In this document: positions 1-13,180 of the stretch, piece by piece | Numbering within the stretch: position 1 is the first letter of the stretch | Layout of the letters: the number at the start of each line of letters is the position of its first letter | DNA from: Eledone cirrhosa | Taxonomy: Eukaryota | DNA: 64,000 nt | NCBI GenBank assembly: GCA_964016885.1 | Contig: OZ024759.1 | Location: 11,036,001 to 11,100,000 of the forward strand | Reading direction: 5' to 3' | Position numbers and translations under genes: made by a program | Notes under the pieces: model-generated | Database searches by the model: none | Seen by the model: only the letters and a program-made list of their open reading frames with translations | Told to the model about the DNA's origin: nothing

Positions 1-237
1 ACGACAATAAAAAACACAGTCCACGCTGTAATGTGGCCGTGTAGGTAACACGGCAAAAACCTCCCAGTCCACACTGTAAACGTGGTTGGTGTTAGGAAGG
101 GCATCCAGCAGTAGAAAACCCGCCAGACAGTCCTATACGAGCAAGACAACCAAACTTGCCTCAAGTGGGACAATTCCCGTCCAGACTCATGCAAGCGTGG
201 AAGATGGACGTTAAACGATGATGATGATGATGATGAT
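1..237 (+). mobile_element. 3' half of SINE family B (RTE-type tail, (GAT)n end)
   Basis: gttggtgttaggaagggcatccagc...ggacgttaaacgatgatg, shared with full copies at 21457 and 41843. Confidence 0.75.
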
Positions 238-333
238 ATATATATATATATATATTCAAGAAATAGTGCCAAATCTCACAACTAAATCTATATATAGAAT
301 CATCATATGTTGATTGAACTTGTTGTTGTTATT

Positions 334-512
334 GGATTGGCAGTATCGGTAGAGAGTCGGATGCCATGCTTTGCAGCATAGTTACGGCCCTTTATGATCC
401 GAGTTCAAATCCCGCCGAGGTTAACTTTGCCTTTCATCCTTACGGTGTCGATAAAACAAAGTACCAGTAATACACTGGGATAATTGCTGGCCTTGTGGCA
501 AAAATAAAAACA
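334..512 (+). mobile_element. tRNA-derived SINE family A (Nin/Deu-like central domain)
   Basis: A-box-like tggcagtatcgg, B-box gagttcaaatccc, core gcctttcatcct...gtcgataaa...gtaccag. More than 20 related copies in the window. Confidence 0.85.
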
Positions 513-560
513 GTTATTATTGTTGTTGTTGATGTTGTTGTTATTGATGTTGTTGTTGTT

Positions 561-606
<46 letters not shown>

Positions 607-640
607 TTATTACTGTTGTTGTTGTTGTTGTTTTTATTAC

Positions 641-674
<34 letters not shown>

Positions 675-1210
675 ATTGCTGTTGTTGTTGTTGTTGTTAT
701 TATTATTGCTGTTGTTGTTGCTGTTGTTGTTATTACTGTTGTTGTTATTGCTGTTGTTGTTAATATTGTTGTTGTTAATATTGTTGTTGTTATTGCTGTT
801 GTTGTTATTGCTGTTGTTGTTAATATTGTTGTTGTTATTGCTGTTGTTATTGTTGTTGTTGTTATTGCTGTTGTTGTTATTGCTGTTGTTATTGTTGCTG
901 TTGTTGTTATTGCTGTTGCTGTTGTTGTTGTTGCTGTTGTTGTTGTTGCTGTTGTTGTTATTGTTGTTGTTATTGCTGTTGTTGTTATTGCTGTTGTTGT
1001 TATTGTTGTTGTTATTGCTGTTGTTGTTATTGCTGTTGTTGTTGTTGTTGTTGTTGTTGTTGCTGTTGTTGTTATTGCTGTTGTTATTGTTGCTGTTGTT
1101 GTTATTGCTGTTGTTGTTATTGCTGTTGTTATTGTTGCTGTTGTTGTTATTGCTGTTGTTATTATTGTTGTTGTTGTTGCTGTTGTTGTTATTATTGTTG
1201 TTGTTATTGC
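513..1210. repeat. Imperfect (GTT/ATT/GCT)n trinucleotide tract
   Basis: About 700 bp of NTT/GCT triplets. Source of the poly-N, poly-V and poly-L ORFs. Confidence 0.98.
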
Positions 1211-1212
1211 AG

Positions 1213-1359
1213 CTCTTCAAGAAATCTTGCCAAGCCTCGACAATAAGACGATCTTCTACAACTCCGGTACTGTGAATAATGCAGTGAGCGCCACTAGTCT
1301 TGACCAAGTGTTGGAGAAGGAGAGCACAAAGGCCCCACCAGCAGTTGCCAGCTTTAAAG
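1213..1359 (+). CDS. SLC27A4: FATP exon ([12 protein letters not shown]...PPAVASFK)
   Basis: ttgcag acceptor at 1212 and gtaatc donor at 1360. The terminal G joins AC of the next exon to give [12 protein letters not shown], matching the FATP region before the AMP motif. Confidence 0.85.
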
Positions 1360-4300
1360 GTAATCAAAATGTTCAGTCATGTGGATTGGTGGTTAGAGAA
1401 TTAGATTTACAATCATGGGCTTGTGAGTTCAATTCCTGGCTCAGGTAATGTGTTATGTCCTTCAGTAAAACACTTTATTGGTGAGGAGGGTCACTTTGGA
1501 CATCCTGCAGGACTAAAAACAAAACCTGTCAAAGGGCAAAGGAGCTCTTAAGAGTCAATGGCCATCCAAATTCACCGGGAGAGATGACCCCTTAGCCTTT
1601 GTCAAGGCAGAATTCTTGGAGAAGGAAAACTCTGATATAACACCTGCAACCCTGATGGTATCCAATGTCATGTGGATTGGTGGTTAGACAATTAGATTTA
1701 CAATCATGGGCTTGTGAGTTCAATTCCTGGCTCAGGTAATGTGTTATGTCCTTCAGTAAAACACTTTATTTCACATTGCTCTTTCTGTCTGGAGTTGCAA
1801 CAGGTAGATAGTACCAGCAATGGAAAGACCAATGAAAATATTGTTTCCTTGGTCCGATTTGATGAGTTCCACTTCTCTCGGCAAGTGAATGATGTTTAGG
1901 ATCTTGTTGATCAGTTCCTTATTATCTTTAACCCTTTAATGTTCAAACCGGCCAAAACCGGCCAGAATTCTCTACCTCTTTCTGTTGAAACTGGCTGTAA
2001 CTGGCCACTCAAACTGATGTTAAGGTATTGTTCTCTAAATAAATACTTTCAAAATCTCATAGATTCGATATTATGTGAGATAATTATGTGAGGTAAAGCA
2101 TTTACCATGAAAATACAATAGTATATATAGAGTAATGTGAATGTTATGTGAGATATTATGTGAGGTAAAGCCTTTACCATGAAAATACAATAGTATATAT
2201 AGAGTAATGTAAATGTTATGAGATATTATGTAAGGTAAAGCCTTTACTGTGAAAATACAATAGTATATATAGAGTAATGTGAATGTTATGTGAGATATTA
2301 TGTGAGGTAAAACCTTTACCATGAAAATACAATAGTATATATAGAGTAATGTAAATGTTATGTGAGCTATTATATGAGGTAAAGCCTTTACTGTGAAAAT
2401 ACAATAGTATATATAGAGTAATGTAAATGTTATGAGATATTATGTAAGGTAAAGCCATTACTGTGAAAATATAATAGTATATATAGAGTAATGTAAATGT
2501 TATGTGAGATATTATGTAAGGTAAAGCCTCTACTGTGAAAATACAATAGTATATATAGAGTAATGTAAATGTTATGTGGGATATTATGTAAGGTAAAGCC
2601 TTTACTGTGACAATACAATAGTATATATAGAGTAATGTAAATGTTATGTGAGATATTATGTGAGGTAAAGCCTTTACTGTGAAAATACAACAGTATATAT
2701 AGAGTAATATAAATGTTATGTGAGCTATTATATGAGGTAAAGCCTTTACTGTGAAAATACAATAGTATATATAGAGTAATGTAAATGTTATGTGAGATAT
2801 TATGTAAGGTAAAGCCTCTACTGTGAAAATACAATAGTATATATAGAGTAATGTGAATGCTAAAGGGTTAAACGGTTTGTCTGAAGGTGTGGGAAGACTT
2901 CAGGGTAAGATTAAAGCTTAACTTTTGTCATTGAATTATATTTTTAACTCCTTTCTATTTCCAGACAAACTAATGTTTATATACACATCTGGAACAACTG
3001 GATTACCAAAGGCTGCTACAATAACTCACTGCAGGTTGGTAACATTAATTACATTTTAGTTAATTATCTTCTGATTACTTTTCCTCATGTAAGTCTGTCA
3101 CAAAATCCAGAGATTCATCAGGTCACTTATCCCAGTTTTTGTGGTATCAAGTAACTGAAAGTACAAGACTTACTCTGGATAGGACACCAGTCCATCACAG
3201 GGATAATGTCTGTCTCAAACCTGGAGGCCAATCAGGCTTGTGCTTATTCCTGTTTCTGTGGCATGAAGCAACTGAGAGTACAAGACTCCCCCTGGACAGG
3301 ACACACACGGTTAAACCCTCAGCTCCTGCTGCTACTCAGCTGAGTATACTGGAGCAACGTGAGATGAAGAGTTTTTTTACTCAAGAGCACAACTCACAAC
3401 CCAGTTCAGGAATCAAACCCACGACATAATGATTGTAAGTCCTAGCCTCTTACCACTAGGCCATGGGTCTCCACTGTTGTTGTGGTTTTCAAGTAATTTT
3501 GATTCCCATGAGGCGAAGTGGCTGATGCTGTGGGTATCACTGGCCTATTTCGGTGGCAACACCTTCGGCATTTGTCTGGAGCACGCAGCCGAGAGATAAC
3601 TGCTCAGACTGGGGGTGTAGAGTCTGTCACACCCTCTCTTCCTTCCCTTCTTTAATTTCTTCTTTCATTTTATTTCTTTTCTTTTTCTTCTATTCTTCAC
3701 TTTCTTATTTCTTTGTATAAATATTTCTCTAAATAAAAGTTTGGTGAATTTGAAAATATTCAAGAATTTGGAGGGATTTAGTAATATAACTAATTTTCTT
3801 ATTATTGAATTGGTGTTTGGAACATAACTTAACAAAGGTTCTTACATAAAATTATGATGAAAGGTTTTTAGATAAATAAAAACAGTTTAACCCTTTACCA
3901 GTTACATTACTTTATGTATACTATTGTATTTTCATGGTAAAGTCTTTATCTCACATAATATTGAATCTATGAGATTTTTATGTTATTAATTTTGAGAACA
4001 ATATCTTAACATCAGTATGAGTGGCCAGTTACAGCTGGTTTGAACAGAAAGATGGGAGAGAATTCTGGCCAGATATGGCCGGTTAAAATACTAAAGGGTT
4101 AAACTAAACATCTTTTTATCATGGAACCAGGGGTGTGTGGAACATAACTTAACAAAGGTTCTTATATAAAATTATGATGGAAGGTTTTTAGATAAATATA
4201 AACACTTTAAAACAAACATCCTTTTATCATAGAACCAAGAGTGGGGTGGAATGTAACTTAACAAAGGGTTCTTACATAAAATTATGATGGAAGGTTTTTA

Positions 4301-7300
4301 GATAAATACTAGCAAAATGGCCCGGCGTTGCTCGGTATTTGCTCTAGGGTTCTTATATATTTGATATATATAATTCGTTGTACATTCCTTCTGGGGTGGA
4401 ACAAAGGTTCTGTATCATAGAACCAGGGGTGATTTCAAGTGGTTTGGTATGAGAAGGGTTCAAACACTTGCTGTGTTGTTCTATCTATCTTTCTATCTGT
4501 CTATCTATGTTTTTGTTCTTCTCATTCAAAGATATTTCTTCATGGCATATGGCATTAGGCAGTTTCTCCAGGTGAAGCACAATGATGTCTTATACAACAC
4601 TCTACCACTCTACCATTCTGCTGGTGGCATCCTTGGAGTTGGTCAAACATTACTTGGCGGAACAACCTGTGTTATCCGCAAGAAGTTCTCTGCTAGTAGA
4701 TTCTGGATTGACTGTGTTCATTATGGCTGCACTGTAAGTTAGTTCTTCACTATGTCATTATTAAGGCAGTAATTGGCAGTCGTTAGACTGTCGGATACAA
4801 CCCTTTAGCATTTAAACCGGCCGTATCCAGTTAGAATTCTCTTACCTCCTTTTATTCAAACCGGCTGTAACTAACCATTCATACCTTACGTTAAGGCATT
4901 GTTCACTAAATAAATAATATTAAAATCTTATAGATTTGATATTATGTGAGGTAAAGCCTTTACTGTGACAATACAATAGTATATATAGAGTAATGTAAAT
5001 GTTATGTGAGGTATTATGTGAGGTAAGGCCTTTACTGTGACAATACAATAGTATATAGAGAGTAATGTAAATGTTATGTGAGGTAAAGCCTTTACTGTGA
5101 AAATACAATAGTATATATAGAGTAATGTAAATGTTATGTGAGATATTATGTGAGGTAAAGCCTTTACTGTGACAATACAATAGTATATAGAGAGTAATGT
5201 AAATGTTATGTGAGGTAAAGCCTTTACTGTGAAAATACAATAGTATATATAGAGTAATGTAAATGTTATGTGAGGTAAAGCCTTTACTGTGAAAATACAA
5301 TAGTATATATAGAGTAATGTAAATGTTATGTGAGGTATTATGTGAGGTAAAGCCTTTACTGTGAAAATACAATAGTATATATAGAGTAATGTAAATGTTA
5401 TGTGAGGTAAAGCCTTTACTGTGAAAATACAATAGTATATATAGAGTAATGTAAATGGTAAGGGGTTAAGAACAATCTAAGAATGATATTCCTACATGAT
5501 CCCATAACTCCTGTAAGAGCACCATATTGACATACTACAATTCTAGGGAGTTGTAGAGGATGCCATATTGACATACCACAATTCTAGGGTATTTTTAAAC
5601 CCGGTGGAATCCAGGTCTGAGTACAACAGATATCTTCCAGAGAAAGATAGAGTGAAAGAATGAAAGGGAAAGAGAGATATAGAGGAAGAATCGACTCCAG
5701 GACATGACTGGTACTTTTTTTATCAACCACAAAAGGATGAAAGGCAAAGTTGAACTAGGCAGGACTTTAACTCAGAAAGTCAAAACGAATAACTTAACCC
5801 TTTAGCAAATACATTACTCTATACTTACTATTATATTTTTATGGTAAAAGCTTTATCTCACATAATATCGGTATGAGTGGCCAGTTTCAGCCGGTTTGAG
5901 CAAAAAGAAGTGAGAGAATTGTGGCCGTATACGGTCAGTTTATATGCTAATGGACTAAAGCATTGTATCCAACATTCTAACGACTCTGCCAATTCACTGC
6001 CTTAACCCTTTGGCATTTACATTACTCTATATATACTATTGTATTGTCACAGTAAAGGCTTTACCTCACATAATATCTCACATAACATTTACATTACTCT
6101 ATATATACTGCTGTATTTTCACAGTAAAGGCTTTACCTCACATAATATCTCACATAACATTTACATTAATCTATATATACTATTGTATTTTCATGGTAAA
6201 GGCTTTACCTCACATAATATCTCACATAACATTTACATTACTCTATATATACTATTGTATTTTCATGGTAAAGGCTTTACCTCACATAATATTGAATCTA
6301 TGAGATTTTGATATTATTTATTTTGAGAACAATACCTTAACATCAGTATGAGTGGCCGGTTACAGCCAAATTGAACAGAAAGAGGTGAGAGAATTCTGGC
6401 CAGATATAGCTGGTTTAAATGCTAAAGGAGATGTTTAAAGGATTAAAGGGATGTTTTGGTGAGGGAGACGATGGCATATATTAGTTTGTGTTGTTGTCTT
6501 ATTGTTTCTAAAGTACCAAGGTTTACTGATGATGTAGGTCATAACTTTATAATTATAACTATTAGAACACACAAACTAGGAGACTTAGTTAAACTAGTCA
6601 ATCTAATTTACATAACAATGCTGGGGTTGACATCATCATCATCATCATCATTTTACGTCCACTTTTCCCTGCTTGCAAGGGTGGGACGGGAACTGATTCT
6701 GGCTTGATTTCTACAGCTGGATGCCCTTCCTAACACCAACCTCATTTACAGTGAGTGCTGGGTGCTTTATTGCCGTGGCGCCTACACGACCACTTTACAG
6801 TGGAATGATAGGGACCCCAGTCCCTATTATCTCATTTCTACAGCTGAGTAAACTGGAGCAATGTGAAATAAAGTGTCTTGCTCAAGGAAACAACACATCA
6901 CCCGGTCTGAGAATTGAACTCACAACCTTTCGGTTGCAAGGCCAATGCTCTAACCACTAAGCCATGTGCCTCCATGACAACATGAATTAATTAATATAAT
7001 AAACATATATTTCTCTCTTTCTCTCTCTCCAGGTGTCACAATACATAGGTGAAATATGTCGTTACCTCCTCCTTCAACCAAACAAACCCGAAGAAAAACA
7101 ACACAAAATTCGACTCATGTTTGGAAATGGACTTCGACCTCAGATTTGGGAGCAGTTCCAGAAACGGTTTGGCATCGAACAGATCGGAGAGTTTTATGGG
7201 GCCACTGAGGGCAACTGTAATCTAAGTAGGCTTTGTTTTTGTTGACTTTTGTTGTGTCATACTTTTTGTTATTTTGTGAAAATATTGTAAAGATGAAATT

Positions 7301-10300
7301 CTCCAACCTCAGTTGTCTAAAGTCTGTCTTGAGGCCAGAGGCTCACCAGGCCAGTGCTTAACCTGTAGCATTAAGTGGCTGAGAGTACAAGACTTCCCCC
7401 TGGACATTACGCCAGTCCATTGCAGGGTTAAAGTCTGTCTTGAGGCCAGAGGCTCATCAGGCCAGTGCTTAACCTGTAGCATTAAGTGGCTGAGAGTACA
7501 AGACTTCCCCCTGGACATTACGCCAGTCCATTGCAGGGTTAAAGTCTGTCTTGAGGCCAGAGGCTCACCAGGCCAGTGCTTAACCTGTAGCATTAAGTGG
7601 CTGAGAGTACAAGACTTCCCCCTGGACATTACGCCAGTCCATTGCAGAGTTAAAGTCTGTCTTGAGGCCAGAGGCTCATCAGGCCAGTGCTTAACCTGTA
7701 GCATTAAGTGGCTGAGAGTACAAGACTTCCCCCTGGACATTACGCCAGTCCATTGCAGAGTTAAAGTCTGTCTTGAGGCCAGAGGCTCACCAGGCCAGTG
7801 CTTAACCTGTAGCATTAAGTGGCTGAGAGTACAAGACTTCCCCCTGGACATTACGCCAGTCCATTGCAGAGTTAAAGTCTGTCTTGAGGCCAGAGGCTCA
7901 CCAGGCCAGTGCTTAACCTGTAGCATTAAGTGGCTGAGAGTACAAGACTTCCCCCTGGACATTACGCCAGTCCATTGCAGGGTTAAAGTCTGTCTTGAGG
8001 CCAGAGGCTCACCAGGCCAGTGCTTAACCTGTAGCATTAAGTGGCTGAGAGTACAAGACTTCCCCCTGGACATTACGCCAGTCCATTGCAGGGTTAAAGT
8101 CTGTCTTGAGGCCAGAGGCTCACCAGGCCAGTGCTTAACCTGTAGCATTAAGTGGCTGAGAGTACAAGACTTCCCCCTGGACATTACGCCAGTCCATTGC
8201 AGGGTTAAAGTCTGTCTTGAGGCCAGAGGCTCACCAGGCCAGTGCTTAACCTGTAGCATTAAGTGGCTGAGAGTACAAGACTTCCCCCTGGACATTACGC
8301 CAGTACATTGCAGGGTTAAACCCCCAGCTACTGCTGGTACTTATCCTAGTTTCCTTGTTGTTAAGCGACTGAGAATACAAGACTCTTCCCTGGACAGGAC
8401 ACCTGTCCATCACAGGGTTAAACCCCCAGCTATTGCTGCTGGTACTTATCCCTTTATCCCTTTTTCTATGGCATTAAGCGACTGAGAGTACAAGACCCCC
8501 CCCCTGGACAGGACACCAGTCCATTGCAGGGTTAAAGTCTATCACAACCCTGAAGGTTCATCAGACTGGTACTTCTCCTGTGGCAATAAGCAACTGAGAG
8601 TACAAGTCTTTCGTCCATCACAGGGTTAAACCTCCAGGTATTGCTGCTGGTACTCATTATCAGCTGAGTTTACTGGGGCAACGGGAAATGTTTTGCTCAA
8701 AACCACCACAACGCACAACCCAGTCCAGGAATCAAACCCACGACATCATGGTCCTAAGTCCAACACCCTTACCACTAGGCCACACAACCCAGTCCAGGAA
8801 TCAAACCCATGGCATCATGATGCTAAGTCCAACACTCTTACCACTAGGCCACACAACCCAGTCCAGGAATCAAACCCACAACATCATGGTCCTAAGTCCA
8901 ACACCCTTACCACTAGGCCACACAACCCAGTCCAGGAATCAAACCCACGACATCATGGTCCTAAGTCCAACACCCTTACCACTAGGCCACACAACCCAGT
9001 CCAGGAATCAAACCCACGACATCATGGTCCTAAGTCCAACACCCTTACCACTAGGCCACACAACCCAGTCCAGGAATCAAACCCACGACATCATGGTCCT
9101 AAGTCCAACACCCTTACCACTAGGCCACACAACCCAGTCCAGGAATCAAACCCACGACATCATGATCCTAAGTCCAACACCCTTACCACTAGGCCACACA
9201 ACCCAGTCCAGGAATCAAACCCACAACATCATGGTCCTAAGTCCAACACCCTTACCACTAGGCCACACAACCCAGTCCAGGAATCAAACCCACGACATCA
9301 TGGTCCTAAGTCCAACACCCTTACCACTAGGCCACACAACCCAGTCCAGGAATCAAACCCACGACATCATGATCCTAAGTCCAACACCCTTACCACTAGG
9401 CCACACAACCCAGTCCAGGAATCAAACCCACAACATCATGATCCTAAGTCCAACACCCTTACCACTAGGCCACACAACCCAGTCCAGGAATCAAACCCAC
9501 GACATCATGGTCCTAAGTCCAACACCCTTACCACTAGGCCACACAACCCAGTCCAGGAATCAAACCCACGACATCATGGTCCTAAGTCCAACACCGTTAC
9601 CACTAGGCCACACAACCCAGTCCAGGAATCAAACCCACGACATCATGATCCTAAGTCCAACACCGTTACCACTAGGCCACACAACCCAGTCCAGGAATCA
9701 AACCCACGACATCATGATCCTAAGTCCAACACCCTTACCACTAGGCCACACAACCCAGTCCAGGAATCAAACCCACGACATCATGATCCTAAGTCCAACA
9801 CCCTTACCACTAGGCCACACAACCCAGTCCAGGAATCAAACCCACGACATCATGGTCCTAAGTCCAACACCGTTACCACTAGGCCACACAACCCAGTCCA
9901 GGAATCAAACCCACGACATCATGATCCTAAGTCCAACACCCTTACCACTAGGCCACACAACCCAGTCCAGGAATCAAACCCACGACATCATGATCCTAAG
10001 TCCAACACCCTTACCACTAGGCCACACAACCCAGTCCAGGAATCAAACCCATGGCATCATGGTCCTAAGTCCAACACCCTTACCACTAGGCCACACAACC
10101 CAGTCCAGGAATCAAACCCACGACATCATGATCCTAAGTCCAACACCCTTACCACTAGGCCACACAACCCAGTCCAGGAATCAAACCCACGACATCATGA
10201 TCCTAAGTCCAACACCCTTACCACTAGGCCACACAACCCAGTCCAGGAATCAAACCCATGGCATCATGGTCCTAAGTCCAACACCGTTACCACTAGGCCA

Positions 10301-13088
10301 CACAACCCAGTCCAGGAATCAAACCCACGACATCATGATCCTAAGTCCAACACCCTTACCACTAGGCCACACAACCCAGTCCAGGAATCAAACCCACGAC
10401 ATCATGATCCTAAGTCCAACACCCTTACCACTAGGCCACACAACCCAGTCCAGGAATCAAACCCACGACATCATGATCCTAAGTCCAACACCCTTACCAC
10501 TAGGCCACACAACCCAGTCCAGGAATCAAACCCATGGCATCATGGTCCTAAGTCCAACACCGTTACCACTAGGCCACACAACCCAGTCCAGGAATCAAAC
10601 CCACGACATCATGATCCTAAGTCCAACACCGTTACCACTAGGCCACACAACCCAGTCCAGGAATCAAACCCACGACATCATGATCCTAAGTCCAACACCC
10701 TTACCACTAGGCCACACAACCCAGTCCAGGAATCAAACCCACGACATCATGATCCTAAGTCCAACACCCTTACCACTAGGCCACACACCTTCAGTTATAA
10801 TTAACATTAATTAGACAATATTTTTCCATTTCCATAATTAATTGATTGGCTGTTACTACAAACATTTTAAGGTCTATTTCCCTGCTAAATCAGGGGTTAG
10901 CTTCGCAGACCCCATGACAAGTTTTATATTTATCATGGGGGGTCTTTTTTTCACCCTTCTTGATGCCGACCCTTTTTAGTTCACTCTTACAACACACAGT
11001 GATATCGTATGTCTATTCTAAACCAGATACCTGCTGCATCTATGCTGTGTGTATCACAGTTTTTAGAACAGGTACACTGTATCTCTGCGTTTCGTTTGAG
11101 GCAACTAAAAGGCTCGGCATGAAACATTGTCACACAGCACCCCATAGAAAAGTGGACATAAAACTTTCATGATGATGATGATGATGATGATGATGATATA
11201 CAATGCAGTAACTGCCTGGTTATTATTGTTGAAGGATTGGCAGAATCGGTAGAGTGTCAGAGAACATGCTTCATAGTATAGAGTTACAAGCCTTTACATT
11301 TGGAGTTCAAATCCCGCCGAGGTTAATTTTGCCTTTCATCCTTACGGGGTCGATAAAATAAAGTACCAGTAATACACTGGCGTTGATTTAATCGGCTTTC
11401 CCCTCCTCTTCAAATTGTTGACCGTGTTGTACCTAAAGCCGAATCATTATTGTTGAAATGTTGTTGTTGTTGTTGCAGTTAACATTGATAACACAGTGGG
11501 TGCTGTTGGCTACACAACTAGAATCTTACCATTTTTGTATCCTGTCACTTTATTGAAAATTGAAGAGCACACAGGTGTACCTGTACGAGACATCAATGGA
11601 ATCTGTGTCAAGGCAAAACCAGGTAAGAATTGGATTATTGATTAGTCTTAGTCTTAGGTTCTTCCGCACCATTTGGCAATTCGAGCAGTAAGTAAGTGAG
11701 TTCAATTCTCAGACCGGGTGATGTGTTGTTTCCTTGAGCAAGACACTTTATTTCACATTGCTCCAGTTTACTCAGCTGTAGAAATGCGATGATAGGGACT
11801 GGGGTCCCTATCATTCCACTGTAAAGTGGTCGTGGAGGTGCCATGGCAAAAAAAGCACCCAGCCCACACTGTAAAGTGGACGTGGTGGCGCCACGGAAAA
11901 AAAGCACCCAGCCCACACTGTAAAGTGGACGTGGTGGCGCCACGGAAAAAAAGCACCCAGCACTCACTGTAAGGTGGTCGTGTAGGTGCCACGGCAATAA
12001 AGCACCCAGCACTCACTGTAAGGTGGTCGTGTAGGTGCCACGGCAATAAAGCACCCAGCCCACACTGTAAAGTGGACGTGGTGGCGCCACGGAAAAAAAG
12101 CACCCAGCACTCACTGTAAAGTGGTCGTGTAGGTGCCACGGCAATAAAGCACCCAGCCCACACTGTAAGGTGGTCGTGTAGGTGCCACGGCAATAAAGCA
12201 CCCAGCCCACACTGTAAAGTGGACGTGGTGGCGCCACGGCAATAAAGCACCCAGCACTCACTGTAAAGTGGTCGTGGAGGTGCCACGGCAATAAAGCACC
12301 CAGCACTCACTGTAAAGTGGTCGTGGAGGTGCCACGGCAATAAAGCACCCAGCACTCACTGTAAATGAGGTTGGTGTTAGGAAGGGCATCCAGCTGTAGA
12401 AATCAAGCCAGAATCAGTTCCCGTATGAGCAAGACAAGGTCAACCGACCGGACACTGCCCACAACAAGACAAGTCCCACCCTTGCAAGCAGGGAAAAGCG
12501 GACGTAAAATGATGTTGATGATTTCCACAAAAAAAGCCATTATAAAATGGCGGAAGATATTTACGACTCCGTGAAGATGTGATGGCTTCCACAAACAATT
12601 ATTGGTTAGATTCTAAGGAAAATTCTGCAAATAACCGGGACCGCGAATGCTGAGGGGGCACTGTACTGGGATAAAGATGTTCCTGTTCATATTACTGGCT
12701 ACCTGCAGTGTTTGTAACCCTGTTCTCTGTGTAATTTCCAGGTGAACCGGGCCTTCTTGTTGGCAAGATTGTCCCCGGAGACCCAGCCCGTGAGTTTGAT
12801 GGATATGTTAATAAAAACGAGACAAACAAGAAGATTATTACCAATGTATTTAGAAGAGGTGATCAGGCTTTTTCTACCGGTGAGTAGTTCACTTCACTCT
12901 CTCTCTCTCTCTCCACCCTCTCTCTCTCTCTCCACCCTCTCTCTCTCTCTCTCCACCCTCTCTCTCTCTCCACTCGCTCTCTCTCTCTCTCTCTCTCCAC
13001 CCTCTCTCTCTCTCCCTCCACCCTCTCTCTCTCTCTCTCTCTCTCTCTCCACCCTCTCTCTCTCTCTCCACCCTCTCTCTCTCTCTCC

Positions 13089-13124
<36 letters not shown>

Positions 13125-13149
13125 CCCTCTCTCTCTCTCTCTCTCCACC

Positions 13150-13180
<31 letters not shown>

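Noticed and set aside
405-1448. Poly-Asn, poly-Val and poly-Leu ORFs
   Set aside because: Trinucleotide repeat artefacts. Only 1213-1359 is supported as an exon.
8713-10786. Functional tRNA gene cluster
   Set aside because: No convincing acceptor or anticodon stem, and the units are continuous with a SINE body.
8688-10814. ORFs of about 700 aa resembling a mucin-like repeat protein
   Set aside because: They arise from a 69 bp SINE-head array in a FATP intron, and two frames are open simply because the unit lacks stops.
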